From the NCBI GenBank assembly GCA_965197905.1, contig CBDAOB010000005.1, positions 1,536,001 to 1,600,000 of the forward strand: a stretch of DNA of 64,000 nucleotides. Reading direction: 5' to 3'. Shown here one piece after another: positions 1 through 9,589 of the stretch; within the stretch, counting starts at the first letter, position 1, and each line of letters opens with the position of its first letter. Under the pieces are notes generated by a model, which did no database searches, was not told where the DNA came from, and saw only the letters and a program-made list of their open reading frames with translations. The stretch is from Candidatus Latescibacterota bacterium. GTDB taxonomy: Bacteria; Latescibacterota; UBA2968; UBA8231. Both the position numbers and the translations under genes were made by a program.

Positions 1-2
1 CT

Positions 3-245
3 CAACCCCACGTCGATAGCCGCATGGCCGGTTATTACGCCAACCTCGAGGTTCCGTATGGCTCTGATATGGGGGTTGTCCGCGCCGCGTGGAAACGGCA
101 AATGAAGAAATACCATCCCGATATGCATGCCGACGACGCCGAGAAACGCCGCATAGCCAACGAGCTTGCGGCCCAGCTGACAACTGCATATCGCGAGCTG
201 GAGCACTCTCTCAAACAGAAAGAAGAAGGCCACATCGATGTCTGA
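3..245 (+). CDS. J-domain (DnaJ-like) protein, C-terminal part; frame is open to the window edge
   Basis: YYANLEV...VRAAWKRQMKKYHPD...LTTAY: J-domain with HPD motif. Confidence 0.8.
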   Translation, partial: QPHVDSRMAGYYANLEVPYGSDMGVVRAAWKRQMKKYHPDMHADDAEKRRIANELAAQLTTAYRELEHSLKQKEEGHIDV

Positions 246-636
246 GCGATTTGAACAAGTGAAGGAGTTTGTCCTCGAATTGGGATTGAGTATCGATCAG
301 GAGATTCCCGAGGATGAGATCGTCATCGTAAACGATCAGGAGCGCGGCATTCAGAATCTGGTAATCGATTGCGAAGACGATGTGCTGGTACTTGAGCAGC
401 TCATCATGGAAGCCGGTCATATCGCCAAAGCAGAGGTCTTCAAACGCATTCTGCAGATGAATCGGGAACTGGTCTACGGCGCGTTCGTACTCAATGAAGA
501 GGGGGACACACTCATCTACCGGAATACCCTCGCGTTGGAGAATCTCGATCTGAACGAATTGGAAAGCACCATCAATGCGCTCAGCCTTGGTCTGGCCGAA
601 AACGGCGCCGAGCTGTTAGAATTTTCAAAAGGGTAA
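238..636 (+). CDS. YbjN/CesT (Tir-chaperone)-like protein
   Basis: 132 aa acidic protein; ILQMNRELVYGAF and RNTL..ENLD.NE motifs; directly upstream of pspA. Confidence 0.7.
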   Translation: MSERFEQVKEFVLELGLSIDQEIPEDEIVIVNDQERGIQNLVIDCEDDVLVLEQLIMEAGHIAKAEVFKRILQMNRELVYGAFVLNEEGDTLIYRNTLALENLDLNELESTINALSLGLAENGAELLEFSKG

Positions 637-646
637 GGAAACTGCG

Positions 647-1354
647 ATGGCAGGCATATTTCAACGGTTGTTCAAGACGGGTCAGGCCGAGGCGCATGCT
701 TTGGTCGACAAGCTAGAAGACCCGATCAAAATCAGCGAGCAGGCGATACGCGATCTGAAGAAGGACCTCCATGAGAGTTTGAAGAGCCTTGCGGAGGTGA
801 AAGCGATCGCTATTCGAATGAATAGAGAGGCTTCCGACGCCAAACGTCTCGCCGAGGATTACGAGCGCAAGGCTATGATGTTGCTGCAAAAGGCGCAGGA
901 AGGAGAGATGGCCGGGGAGGAGGCGGATCGATTGGCTCGGGAAGCGCTGACACGTAAGGAAGAAGCCTCCGGTAGGGCGCTTCAGGGGGTGCAGCAGGCG
1001 CAAACCCAACAAGAGATGGTAGCCAAGCTGCAGAGCAACACTCAGGAGCTGAAGTCCAAAATAGGGTCCTATGAGAACGATCTGATAACGCTTAAGGCGA
1101 GGGCCAAAACCGCCAACGCCACCAGGAAGATCAACCAGCGCCTGGCGAATGTCGATTCGAAGGGCACCGTGGCCCTGCTCGAACGGATGAAGGAGAAGGT
1201 GGAGGAGCAGGAAGCGCTCGGAGCGGCATACGGGGAAATGGCGGATAACTCAAAGTCGATCGATGACGAGATCGATCAAGCCCTTACTACCGGCTCTTCG
1301 GCAAAGACAGATGATTCGCTGGCGGCGCTCAAGGCGAAAATGGGTGTGTCGTAA
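647..1354 (+). CDS. pspA: PspA/IM30 family protein
   Basis: GIFQRLF..AHALVDKLEDPIK N-terminus, coiled coil, C-terminal LAALKAKMG. Confidence 0.92.
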   Translation: MAGIFQRLFKTGQAEAHALVDKLEDPIKISEQAIRDLKKDLHESLKSLAEVKAIAIRMNREASDAKRLAEDYERKAMMLLQKAQEGEMAGEEADRLAREALTRKEEASGRALQGVQQAQTQQEMVAKLQSNTQELKSKIGSYENDLITLKARAKTANATRKINQRLANVDSKGTVALLERMKEKVEEQEALGAAYGEMADNSKSIDDEIDQALTTGSSAKTDDSLAALKAKMGVS

Positions 1355-1436
1355 AGTGGGTCGATGCTGCCGGCCAACAGACGACATCACCTGACCTGAC
1401 CACCTCCGAACATCCAGCATGACTTAGGAAGGGTGT

Positions 1437-3107
1437 ATGCCCCTCCTGACCCGCAGACGGTTCCTGGGGTTGATGGCTTCCGGGTGCGGACTGCCGCTCG
1501 TCCCCTCTTGCCAGCCAGACAGCCTTCCTCCCAAGCTGGATGCGATTCCCGGGACATTCCTCAATCCGAATCCGATCCGCGGGCACATTCTCCGATCCCG
1601 TACCAAGACCTCCAATCTCCCCGCTGTCGCCGAGGCGCGATTCGATGCCATTGTGGTGGGTGGGGGCATCTCCGGCCTCTGCGCCGCGCGGAAGCTTGCC
1701 GGCGCCGGCGTTGAAAACCTGGTCCTACTGGAGTTGGAAAGCCGACTTGGGGGAACCTCCTTGGCAGACAATACCCCCGGCTCCGAATGCCCCTGGGGGG
1801 CTCACTACATTCACGTTCCTCCCCCAGAAGCAGATTGCGTCCACGAGCTGCTGGGCGAGATCGGCGTCATCGAAGGGTACGACGCCCGCGGGTGGCCACT
1901 GATTCCAGACGAATACCTGCTGCGATGGCCCCATGAGCGCTTGTATTCCGAAGGAGAATGGAGAGCGGATCTCAACCCCCTTGACGACCTTTCGGATGCT
2001 GATCGGGAGCAATTCCTGCGTTTTAAGGACGACATGTTGCGCTGGGCACTCTACCGCGGACGCGATGGGCGTAAGGCTTTTGCGATGCCACTGCGGTACA
2101 GCACTTCTGACGCCGCTGTTCGGGAGCTCGACCGCATTTCGATGCGGGATTATATCAGCCGTCAGGGGTGGTCGGCAGAGTGGGTCTCGTGGTTGACCGA
2201 TTATGCCTGCCGTGACGACTACGGCGGAACGGCGAGTCAGGTGTCGGCATGGGCGGGTGTTCACTACTTCGCGTGTCGCAATTACGACTACCGCATTGAG
2301 GCGGACTATCCAACCGATGTGTTGACTTGGCCGACAGGTAACGGTTTTATCGCCGACCGCCTTTCCGGCTCTCTGGAACCTCATCAGCGACAGGTCAATG
2401 CAGCCGTGGCACACATCGCACCAAACGGCGAAGGTGTCGACGTCGGCTACATCGACCTCGAGTCGGGCGAGATGCGATTGATCCACGGCAAAACGGTAGT
2501 GTATGCGGGGAAGCTCTACACCGCTCCGCACGTGGTGCGTGGGTTGCCGGAGTCCCAGCAGTCGGCCATGGCGCAACCCATCTACTGCCCGTGGCTGGTG
2601 GCCGCGGTCCGGACAACAATGCCACTCGCCGGATTCGGAGAGCACTGGGAAAACATCCTATTCGACAGCCCCTCGGTGGGGTACGTGAATCCGGCTCATC
2701 AACGTTCCCGCGACAAACAGAACGATCTGCTTGTCTACTATCTACCCTTGTGCGACGATCCGCAAAAGGCGCGCCGCAATTTGCAGCATAGGGACCATCA
2801 ATACTGGGCGTCAGCTGTCGTCGCAGATCTCCTGCCGGCGCATCCCGATCTGCTCGATCTCTTAGAAGCCGTCGATATCTATCGCTGGGGGCATGGAATG
2901 ATCCGGCCCAGTCCCGGATTGATATGGGGAGCTTCCAGCAGGTGGAGGCGCCAACCGCTGGACGGAATATTCTTCGCCACCTGCGACGCAACCGGGCTGC
3001 CGCTTTTCGAAGAGGCGGTGTTCAACGGCTATCGCGCCGCGGAGGAGGCACTAACTCGGCTAGGCGTAGGTTTTGAAACCTCGCTGAAGGGGCTCGCAGA
3101 TGGCTGA
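1437..3107 (+). CDS. FAD-dependent amine oxidase-like oxidoreductase with Tat (lipoprotein) signal
   Basis: TRRRFLG twin-arginine motif, IVVGGGISGL FAD-binding motif, WGAHY, RWGHGM, FEEA. Confidence 0.8.
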   Translation: MPLLTRRRFLGLMASGCGLPLVPSCQPDSLPPKLDAIPGTFLNPNPIRGHILRSRTKTSNLPAVAEARFDAIVVGGGISGLCAARKLAGAGVENLVLLELESRLGGTSLADNTPGSECPWGAHYIHVPPPEADCVHELLGEIGVIEGYDARGWPLIPDEYLLRWPHERLYSEGEWRADLNPLDDLSDADREQFLRFKDDMLRWALYRGRDGRKAFAMPLRYSTSDAAVRELDRISMRDYISRQGWSAEWVSWLTDYACRDDYGGTASQVSAWAGVHYFACRNYDYRIEADYPTDVLTWPTGNGFIADRLSGSLEPHQRQVNAAVAHIAPNGEGVDVGYIDLESGEMRLIHGKTVVYAGKLYTAPHVVRGLPESQQSAMAQPIYCPWLVAAVRTTMPLAGFGEHWENILFDSPSVGYVNPAHQRSRDKQNDLLVYYLPLCDDPQKARRNLQHRDHQYWASAVVADLLPAHPDLLDLLEAVDIYRWGHGMIRPSPGLIWGASSRWRRQPLDGIFFATCDATGLPLFEEAVFNGYRAAEEALTRLGVGFETSLKGLADG

Positions 3108-4632
3108 AACGCGTGAGAAGATCTCCCCTTTTGGCATGGCACTCCTGCTCAGCGCCATATTCGTCGTCGCCGGGTGCGGCATCGTGTACGAGCTGCTCAT
3201 TGGCAGCACCTCCTCCTACTTTCTTGGAGACAGTGTCGAACAGTTTTCCCTGACTATCGGATTTTTCCTGTTCGCCATGGGCGTGGGATCGTGGATCTCG
3301 AGCTTGATCCAGGAGAAGCTGCTGGAGCGGTTGATCGGTATTGAGATCTGGCTTGGACTTGTAGGGGGCGGGTCGGTGCCGTTCCTCTACTCCGTCTTTT
3401 CCGGATCCGGACACTTCCGTTACTGGATGGTGGTGTCGATAGTTGCGATCGGTGTTTTGATCGGCCTGGAGATCCCGCTCCTCGCTCGCATCTTGCGGCG
3501 TGCCGGATCTCTCCGCACCATTCTCGCCAACGTTCTCACGCTCGACTATCTGGGGGCGCTGATAGCCGCGCTCCTATTTCCGTACCTGTTGCTGCCCTCC
3601 CTGGGAGCCCTGCACACTTCCGTCGCCGTCGGTCTGGTGAACCTAGCGGTTGGTGCCGCTATTCTCGCCGGTTTTTGGCGGGTATTGAGTCTCGCCGCCC
3701 GCCGATTCCTGGCAGTGCAGTGCATCGTCGCGGTCCTCGTTCTTATTGGGCTTCTGGTGAAGGCGGGCCCTCTGCTGGAGCGTTGGGAAAGCAAACTCTA
3801 CGCCGACCAGATCGTCTTCAGCGAGCAATCCCGCTATCAAAGGATCGTACTCACGTCCTGGCACGACGACCTTCGCCTGTATCTGAACGGTCATCTGCAG
3901 TTCTCAGCGCTGGACGAGGATCGCTACCACGAGGCACTCGTACATCCGGCGATGGAGCTGACGGCAAACCGCAGCCGCGTACTCATCATAGGTGGAGGTG
4001 ACGGCCTCTCGGCCCGGGAAGTGTTGAAATACGAGGACGTGGAGCAGATCGATCTGGTGGACCTGGATCCAGCAGTCACCGATCTCGCCCGCCGCAACCC
4101 GCACGTGGCCGAGCTCAACGAACAATCACTCAGCAATCCCAAGGTGCGAATCGTCAACGAAGACGGATTCCTGTACCTGCAGCGCAGCCATCTTCAATAC
4201 GGCGTGATATTTCTCGACCTTCCCGACCCGCGTGAGGAGTCATTGGCGAAACTTTACTCTGTGGAGGCCTACAAGCTGGTGGAACGTCTGCTCTCCCCCG
4301 GGGGCGCGATGGCAACTCAAGCCACTAGTCCGTATTTCTCGAGAACCGCTTTCTGGTGTATTGGCCGAACTCTCGAAGCGTCGGGATTCCAGGTCCATTC
4401 CTACCATCTGTTAGTTCCCTCGTTCGGCGAGTGGGGGTTTCACCTTGGATCCCGGAGAGCGATCGCCTACGATGAGATACAATTTTCGCCTCGGACCACA
4501 CTTATGACCTCGGAAACCTGGAAGGGCATGTCCTGCTTCGACAGGGATATGGGCCCAATTTTGGCAGCGCCGAACAGACTTGATAAACCGATGTTGGCGC
4601 GTTATTATCGACAAGATTGGGAGCGATGGTAA
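3100..4632 (+). CDS. speE: Membrane-bound polyamine aminopropyltransferase (spermidine synthase)
   Basis: N-terminal TM domain (CGIVYELL), SRYQRI, YHEALVHP, IIGGGDG, DLPDP. Confidence 0.9.
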   Translation: MAETREKISPFGMALLLSAIFVVAGCGIVYELLIGSTSSYFLGDSVEQFSLTIGFFLFAMGVGSWISSLIQEKLLERLIGIEIWLGLVGGGSVPFLYSVFSGSGHFRYWMVVSIVAIGVLIGLEIPLLARILRRAGSLRTILANVLTLDYLGALIAALLFPYLLLPSLGALHTSVAVGLVNLAVGAAILAGFWRVLSLAARRFLAVQCIVAVLVLIGLLVKAGPLLERWESKLYADQIVFSEQSRYQRIVLTSWHDDLRLYLNGHLQFSALDEDRYHEALVHPAMELTANRSRVLIIGGGDGLSAREVLKYEDVEQIDLVDLDPAVTDLARRNPHVAELNEQSLSNPKVRIVNEDGFLYLQRSHLQYGVIFLDLPDPREESLAKLYSVEAYKLVERLLSPGGAMATQATSPYFSRTAFWCIGRTLEASGFQVHSYHLLVPSFGEWGFHLGSRRAIAYDEIQFSPRTTLMTSETWKGMSCFDRDMGPILAAPNRLDKPMLARYYRQDWERW

Positions 4633-4658
4633 GTCGTTAGACTATCCAAGGGAGCGAC

Positions 4659-5207
4659 GTGGGTCTCAAGAAATTTTTTAGCCGCGACAAGAACACGGAT
4701 GATGAGTACCGGGAGTACCGGCTCGGGGAGATTGAGCGGGGTTTTCTGGTCGACTACGATCTCAAGACGTGGGAGGTGCGGGCCATAAGCAACTACGACT
4801 ATGACGGGTATCTCACCATGGAGTGGGAGCTGCACAGCGACAGTGGAGTGGGGTTCCTGGAGCAATCCGTTGAAGACGGACAGGCGGAGTGGACTTTCAC
4901 GAAGCGGATTCCAATCGACGCCATTGCGGAAGACGTGGTCGCAGAAGTAGCTTCGAATGACGATCCGCCTCAGCAGATTCACTTCGAGGGCAAGAGCTAC
5001 GAGGCGGACGAAATGAGTGCCGGCATCCAGACCCAAGGGGACGAGGAATCCGAGAAAGAGTTCGTCGGTTGGAGCTATGAGTCGGAGGATGGACGGGTTT
5101 TATTTCTGAACCAGTGGGGCGAGGGAGATTTCTCGGCCTACGAAGGCATCTACGTCGAGGAGTACCAATTCACCGACATTCTGCCGGGAGGATCAGTCGA
5201 AGAGTGA
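4659..5207 (+). CDS. DUF4178 domain protein
   Basis: Acidic beta-rich protein with YDYDG..MEW pattern; typical partner of pspA/speE/DUF350. Confidence 0.65.
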   Translation: MGLKKFFSRDKNTDDEYREYRLGEIERGFLVDYDLKTWEVRAISNYDYDGYLTMEWELHSDSGVGFLEQSVEDGQAEWTFTKRIPIDAIAEDVVAEVASNDDPPQQIHFEGKSYEADEMSAGIQTQGDEESEKEFVGWSYESEDGRVLFLNQWGEGDFSAYEGIYVEEYQFTDILPGGSVEE

Positions 5208-5953
5208 GCAAGCGGCAATATTATAGGATCGTTCCGGTTTTGCTCTGGACCTCGGCGATTTCCGCCGTCGTCGTCTTGGGATGCGGCAGACGGCAGGATC
5301 CCGTAGCAACCTTGAGCCGCGATCTGGCTCGATACCCCGAATTCTCCCTCATGGTCGAGGACACTCGTATCCAGGACGGGTTTTCCCCCGACTACTTCTT
5401 GCGTTTCAAGATACTGACGGCTGCCGGCCAGAGGGTGGATGGTCGGGACACCCTGATATACACCGATCGCGTGACGAATTGGTACGAGGTCGGAGAGGAT
5501 GTGTTCGGACGTTATGAAAATTTCGTTGGCATGGTGGTCGCTTCGAAGAATCGCGAGGGGCGCATGACCGATGTCCGGCAAGCTCATCCACCGGCGTACC
5601 AGTATGTAGGAAACTCCCAGTACGGCTCTTGGGGTGGAGGCGGATTCTGGCAGTTCTACGGCCAGTACGCCATGATGAGCCACATGATGGGCGGTTGGCG
5701 CGTGGGGCGCAACGACTACAGTGACTATCGCCGCAACTACGAACGTGGGAGGCCGTACCACGGGCCCACCGAAAGGGGACGAACCACCTTCGGTTCGGGC
5801 GGGACGGTGACACAGAAAACGCGGCCGGACTTCTATCGACGCCAGCAACAACGACTGCGCTCGGGAGGCAGAAACTTCTCGAGCCGCGCCCAGAGTCGCA
5901 TGGGTAGGAGCGGCTCCTCATGGGGCAGAGGCTCGGGGTTCAGAGGGAAGTGA
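5204..5953 (+). CDS. Putative lipoprotein with Gly/Arg/Ser-rich tail
   Basis: GTG start overlapping previous stop (GTGA); lipobox VLGC; YVGN.QYG.W...FW.FYGQY motif; ends GSGFRGK. Confidence 0.7.
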   Translation: MSKRQYYRIVPVLLWTSAISAVVVLGCGRRQDPVATLSRDLARYPEFSLMVEDTRIQDGFSPDYFLRFKILTAAGQRVDGRDTLIYTDRVTNWYEVGEDVFGRYENFVGMVVASKNREGRMTDVRQAHPPAYQYVGNSQYGSWGGGGFWQFYGQYAMMSHMMGGWRVGRNDYSDYRRNYERGRPYHGPTERGRTTFGSGGTVTQKTRPDFYRRQQQRLRSGGRNFSSRAQSRMGRSGSSWGRGSGFRGK

Positions 5954-5975
5954 ACAGCAGCGACGGAGGAAAAAA

Positions 5976-6824
5976 ATGATCGAAGAATTTGCGATTCCCA
6001 TGTCGCGGTCCCTTGCCTACCTCCTGGAGGCATTCGTTCTCCTGTGGGTTGCGAAGTTTGCGTACACCGCGATCTACCGCCGAGTTGAGCTCAAGGTAGA
6101 GCTCTTTCAACGAAACAATCACGCCTTGGCGGTTTCCGTCTCTGGCTATCTCTTCGGAGTTATTCTCGCCTTCGGCGGGGCACTCTCCGGGCCCTCTACG
6201 GGATGGAAATCGGATGCCGTGAGTATCGCCGCCTACGGGGTGGTAGCCATTGTTTTGATGTTGATAGCAAGCTTTCTATGCGAAAAGATATTGCTGCCGC
6301 ATTTCGACAATACCGAAGAGGTCGTTCGCGACCACAATCTGGGCGCGGCGTTTGTCGAAGCGGGTATGCACATAGCCAACGGTCTGATTATTCTGGCTAT
6401 CACACAAGGCTCGGGAGCCTGGTGGATCGGATTGGTATTCTGGGCGTTGGCGCAGGTCGGACTCATTGTCGTTGGCCGTCTCTACGAGGCGGTGACGCCG
6501 CACAAGATTCACGAGGAGCTTCGCAATAACAACGCCGCGGTTGGCCTGGCATTCTGCGGGGCCCTGGTGGGCATGGGCAACATCATCAGCGTCGCCGTGG
6601 CCGGAGACTTTGCCGGCTGGCAGGCGAGTCTCACAGGTTTCGCGGCATACGCTGTGTTCGGTCTGATCGTCCTGTTTGTTTTGAAGCGGCTGACCGATTC
6701 CCTGCTGGCCCCCAGTGTCAAACTGGCGAGCGAGCAAACCGAACAACAGCCCAACCTCGGTGCCGGCCTGCTGGAGGCTTTCGGGTATGTCGGCGGCTCG
6801 ATGCTTCTCGTCTGGGTGCTTTGA
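5976..6824 (+). CDS. DUF350 (UPF0719) membrane protein with duplicated domain
   Basis: Repeated EL..NN.A.(A/G) motifs in an ~8-TM protein. Confidence 0.8.
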   Translation: MIEEFAIPMSRSLAYLLEAFVLLWVAKFAYTAIYRRVELKVELFQRNNHALAVSVSGYLFGVILAFGGALSGPSTGWKSDAVSIAAYGVVAIVLMLIASFLCEKILLPHFDNTEEVVRDHNLGAAFVEAGMHIANGLIILAITQGSGAWWIGLVFWALAQVGLIVVGRLYEAVTPHKIHEELRNNNAAVGLAFCGALVGMGNIISVAVAGDFAGWQASLTGFAAYAVFGLIVLFVLKRLTDSLLAPSVKLASEQTEQQPNLGAGLLEAFGYVGGSMLLVWVL

Positions 6825-7846
6825 TAGTTCTGAATTGGCGCCGATTTCTCAGATTATGGGAGCACGTCAAGCATCAGTCCCTTCTTTGGATAGCAGCACT
6901 GTCGCTGGCCTTGGTCGCATTCGGTGCCGCGTTTTTTTCCTTTTTCGAAAGCCGTACCCTGGGAGACAGCATCTGGTGGGCGATGGTGACCACTACCACC
7001 GTCGGATACGGCGATCTGTATCCAGAGACCGTCCCAGGTCGAGTGGTTGGTGTCATCCTAATGGTTCTGGGGATTGGCCTCCTTGGTGGTTTCACCGCCG
7101 GTCTCGCGACGCGAATCATCGATCATCAATCGAAGCGAGCGCGAGGGGTTAAACGCTTGGGGAACCGAAACCATATTCTGATCTGCGGTTGGAACGAAAC
7201 GGGCGAGGATCTTGTTGGCCACATCCTCGCGGACCGACAAGAGCGTTCGGTGGTGATTCTCGCCGACTTGCACGAGCGACCGTACGAGCACGAGCGGGTT
7301 GGATTTGTCAGCGGCGAATTGACCGAACAGGGTCTTGAAAGAGCCAACGCCCATCAGGCTGAGTCTGCCGTCATCTTGGGCAATCAGGATATCGAAGACG
7401 TCCGTGGTCGCGATGCCAAGACCCTTATTGGCGCGTTGACCGTCAAGGAATACAACCCCGAAATCTACGTAGGCATCCAGCTCTTCGATTCCGGGAGTAG
7501 CAGTCATGCGGGCGTTTCGCGAGCGGACGAGGTAATTGTAGTCGGTGCTTTGGCCGGCGGACTCTTGAGCCGCGCAATTCTCGACCACGGAAGCTCGAAG
7601 GCGATCAGCAGTCTCGTGACAACCGCCGAACGATGTGAAATCTACCGGGTCGGCTTGCCCGCAACGTGGGTGGGTAGAAGCTTCGGCGAAACCCTCGACC
7701 TGGCGAAGAGCGAACTAAACATGCTGGTCGTCGCCGTCGAGCCCCAGGGGGGTGAGTTGCTGTTGAATCCTCCGGGGGACTACATATTCAGTAATGGAGA
7801 TTCTCTGGCGGTTATCGCCGAGGAGCGACCCAAGGTTGCACGATGA
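6821..7846 (+). CDS. Potassium channel with RCK (TrkA-N/TrkA-C) domains
   Basis: TTVGYGD selectivity filter; HILICGWN Rossmann start. Confidence 0.92.
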   Translation: MIVLNWRRFLRLWEHVKHQSLLWIAALSLALVAFGAAFFSFFESRTLGDSIWWAMVTTTTVGYGDLYPETVPGRVVGVILMVLGIGLLGGFTAGLATRIIDHQSKRARGVKRLGNRNHILICGWNETGEDLVGHILADRQERSVVILADLHERPYEHERVGFVSGELTEQGLERANAHQAESAVILGNQDIEDVRGRDAKTLIGALTVKEYNPEIYVGIQLFDSGSSSHAGVSRADEVIVVGALAGGLLSRAILDHGSSKAISSLVTTAERCEIYRVGLPATWVGRSFGETLDLAKSELNMLVVAVEPQGGELLLNPPGDYIFSNGDSLAVIAEERPKVAR

Positions 7847-8233
7847 CAAACTTTCTCGACCGGTTTGGCCTGCGTCGGCGAGCGGCGCCGCGGATAAGGG
7901 CGCGCTGGTTGATCGATGTACAGGTGCCTGGAAAAGACAGTTTCACCGGGTTCTTCACGAGAGACGCTTCAGCTGCGGGTCTTTTTCTCGAAGGGGCTAA
8001 GCCGAACGCGTTCAGTGAAATGGCGAAGGTGAGGGGCGGAATCACCATTCGCATTAGGTTGCCGGTGCCTCTCGGTATCGTGGAGGCGCAAGCGGAAGTC
8101 AAATGGGAGCGGGGAAGCGGACGGGAAGGCGCTAAGCGGATGGGCGTTTACGAGCATAAGCCGAGAGGGACGCAAATCAATCGAGGATTACGTCGAGGCG
8201 CATCCGGAAGACCTGCTAAAGGAGCCCGAATAG
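7843..8233 (+). pseudogene. PilZ domain protein, frameshifted near the G-run 8111-8114
   Basis: RRRAAPR and D.S..G motifs; removing one G gives ...SGWAFTSISREGRKSIEDYVEAHPEDLLKEPE* ending at 8233. Confidence 0.65.
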
Positions 8234-8249
8234 CGCCCAAGGTGTGGCG

Positions 8250-8567
8250 CTATTTCAGCTGGCCCTTCATCCAGGCCAGATAGGGACCGGAACCCTCGAC
8301 GATAGGGAAGGCGAGTATCTCGGGCACGTCGTAGGAATGAATCTCCTGGATGGCAGATTCCAAAGACGCAAAAAGATCCTGTCTCGATTTGGCGATGCAC
8401 TGCCATTCCCGTGCTGTTTCTATCTCGTTTTCCCACCAATAAACGCTTTCTACCGGCCCCAGTACCTGAACGCACGCAGCCAAACGCTGCTCGATCAGAT
8501 GCCGTGCAATCTTCTGGGCTTCGTCTTCGCTGTCGGTGGTCGTGACGACTAGCACGTATCCGGTCAT
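8250..8567 (-). CDS. cutA: Divalent-cation tolerance protein CutA
   Basis: LAACV, SVYWW, HSYDVPEI, YLAW motifs. Confidence 0.95.
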   Translation of the reverse strand: MTGYVLVVTTTDSEDEAQKIARHLIEQRLAACVQVLGPVESVYWWENEIETAREWQCIAKSRQDLFASLESAIQEIHSYDVPEILAFPIVEGSGPYLAWMKGQLK

Positions 8568-9589
8568 GATGTGCCCATTCCTAGTTCTGTTCGTCGCTTG
8601 TATGCCCTGCGCTGAATCACCAGAGCGGGCGCTCCCAGGAACACATACGTTAGGGTGGCTATGGCGTGAACAGCTGTCGCACAGCCCATGGCGGCGGCCA
8701 TTGGAACACCGAAGAGCATGTGCAAGCCGCGGCCGAAGAAGAGGTGATAAGATCCCGTTCCCCCAGGTGTCGGGAAAATGACTCCAATGGAAGAAATGGC
8801 CATAATCACCATAGATGCAAACGCGCTGAGACCGTGGGATTCGTCAAAACCGAAGGCTGCAAACGATTCGTAGATAATAAGGATGTACCCTGCGTTCAAC
8901 AGGATTGAAGCGATGACCAACTCCAGATAGGCGGAAGGTCGATGCAGAGCTTCGAGACCGTGAACGAAGGTGCCCAGCAACTGCCCGACGCGGGTGGCTA
9001 ATGAGGGTGAGATCCGGGCGACAAGACGCTCCACGGTTTGCAAAGCCCGTTCCCGATATATCGAGATTAGAGCGAGGAAAATCAGTGCCAGCAGACAAGC
9101 GGCCAGTGCTGCCAGGCAAAGCGGCTCCAAGAGCGGGAACGCCTCATTGATGCGATTTCGCAAGTACAGGAGGGAGGCTCCGACGAAGAGTATCAGCCAG
9201 ATCATGTCGATCACGCGCTCCACGACCACCGTGGCGATCACCGAACTTATGCTGGCGCCTCGAGTCCACCTTAGACTGAGGGCGCGCACCGCCTCTCCCG
9301 ATCTTGGAACGACCACGTTTGCGGCGTAGCAGATGGCGAGGGCAAGGCTGGCGTCCCACCACGAAACTCCCGGTGCAAATGGCCGCATCAGCACGATCCA
9401 GCGCCACGCCCGCAGAACAAGCGTCAAGAGAGTTGTAAGGACGATCGCCATCACCCAGGCGGGCGAGAGGCCCACCACGACCTCCCACATTTCCGCCCCG
9501 TTGATATCCTTGAAGGCCCAATACAAAAACGCCAGCATCAAGAGAATGCTGACGCTCAGCTTGACCGCCGATTTGAGGTGCGCGGTCAA
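8564..9589 (-). CDS. Lysylphosphatidylglycerol synthase TM-domain / flippase-like protein (UPF0104)
   Basis: RAWRW, N.VVPRSGEAVR, VVERVID, PTPGGTG. Confidence 0.85.
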   Translation of the reverse strand: MTAHLKSAVKLSVSILLMLAFLYWAFKDINGAEMWEVVVGLSPAWVMAIVLTTLLTLVLRAWRWIVLMRPFAPGVSWWDASLALAICYAANVVVPRSGEAVRALSLRWTRGASISSVIATVVVERVIDMIWLILFVGASLLYLRNRINEAFPLLEPLCLAALAACLLALIFLALISIYRERALQTVERLVARISPSLATRVGQLLGTFVHGLEALHRPSAYLELVIASILLNAGYILIIYESFAAFGFDESHGLSAFASMVIMAISSIGVIFPTPGGTGSYHLFFGRGLHMLFGVPMAAAMGCATAVHAIATLTYVFLGAPALVIQRRAYKRRTELGMGTS

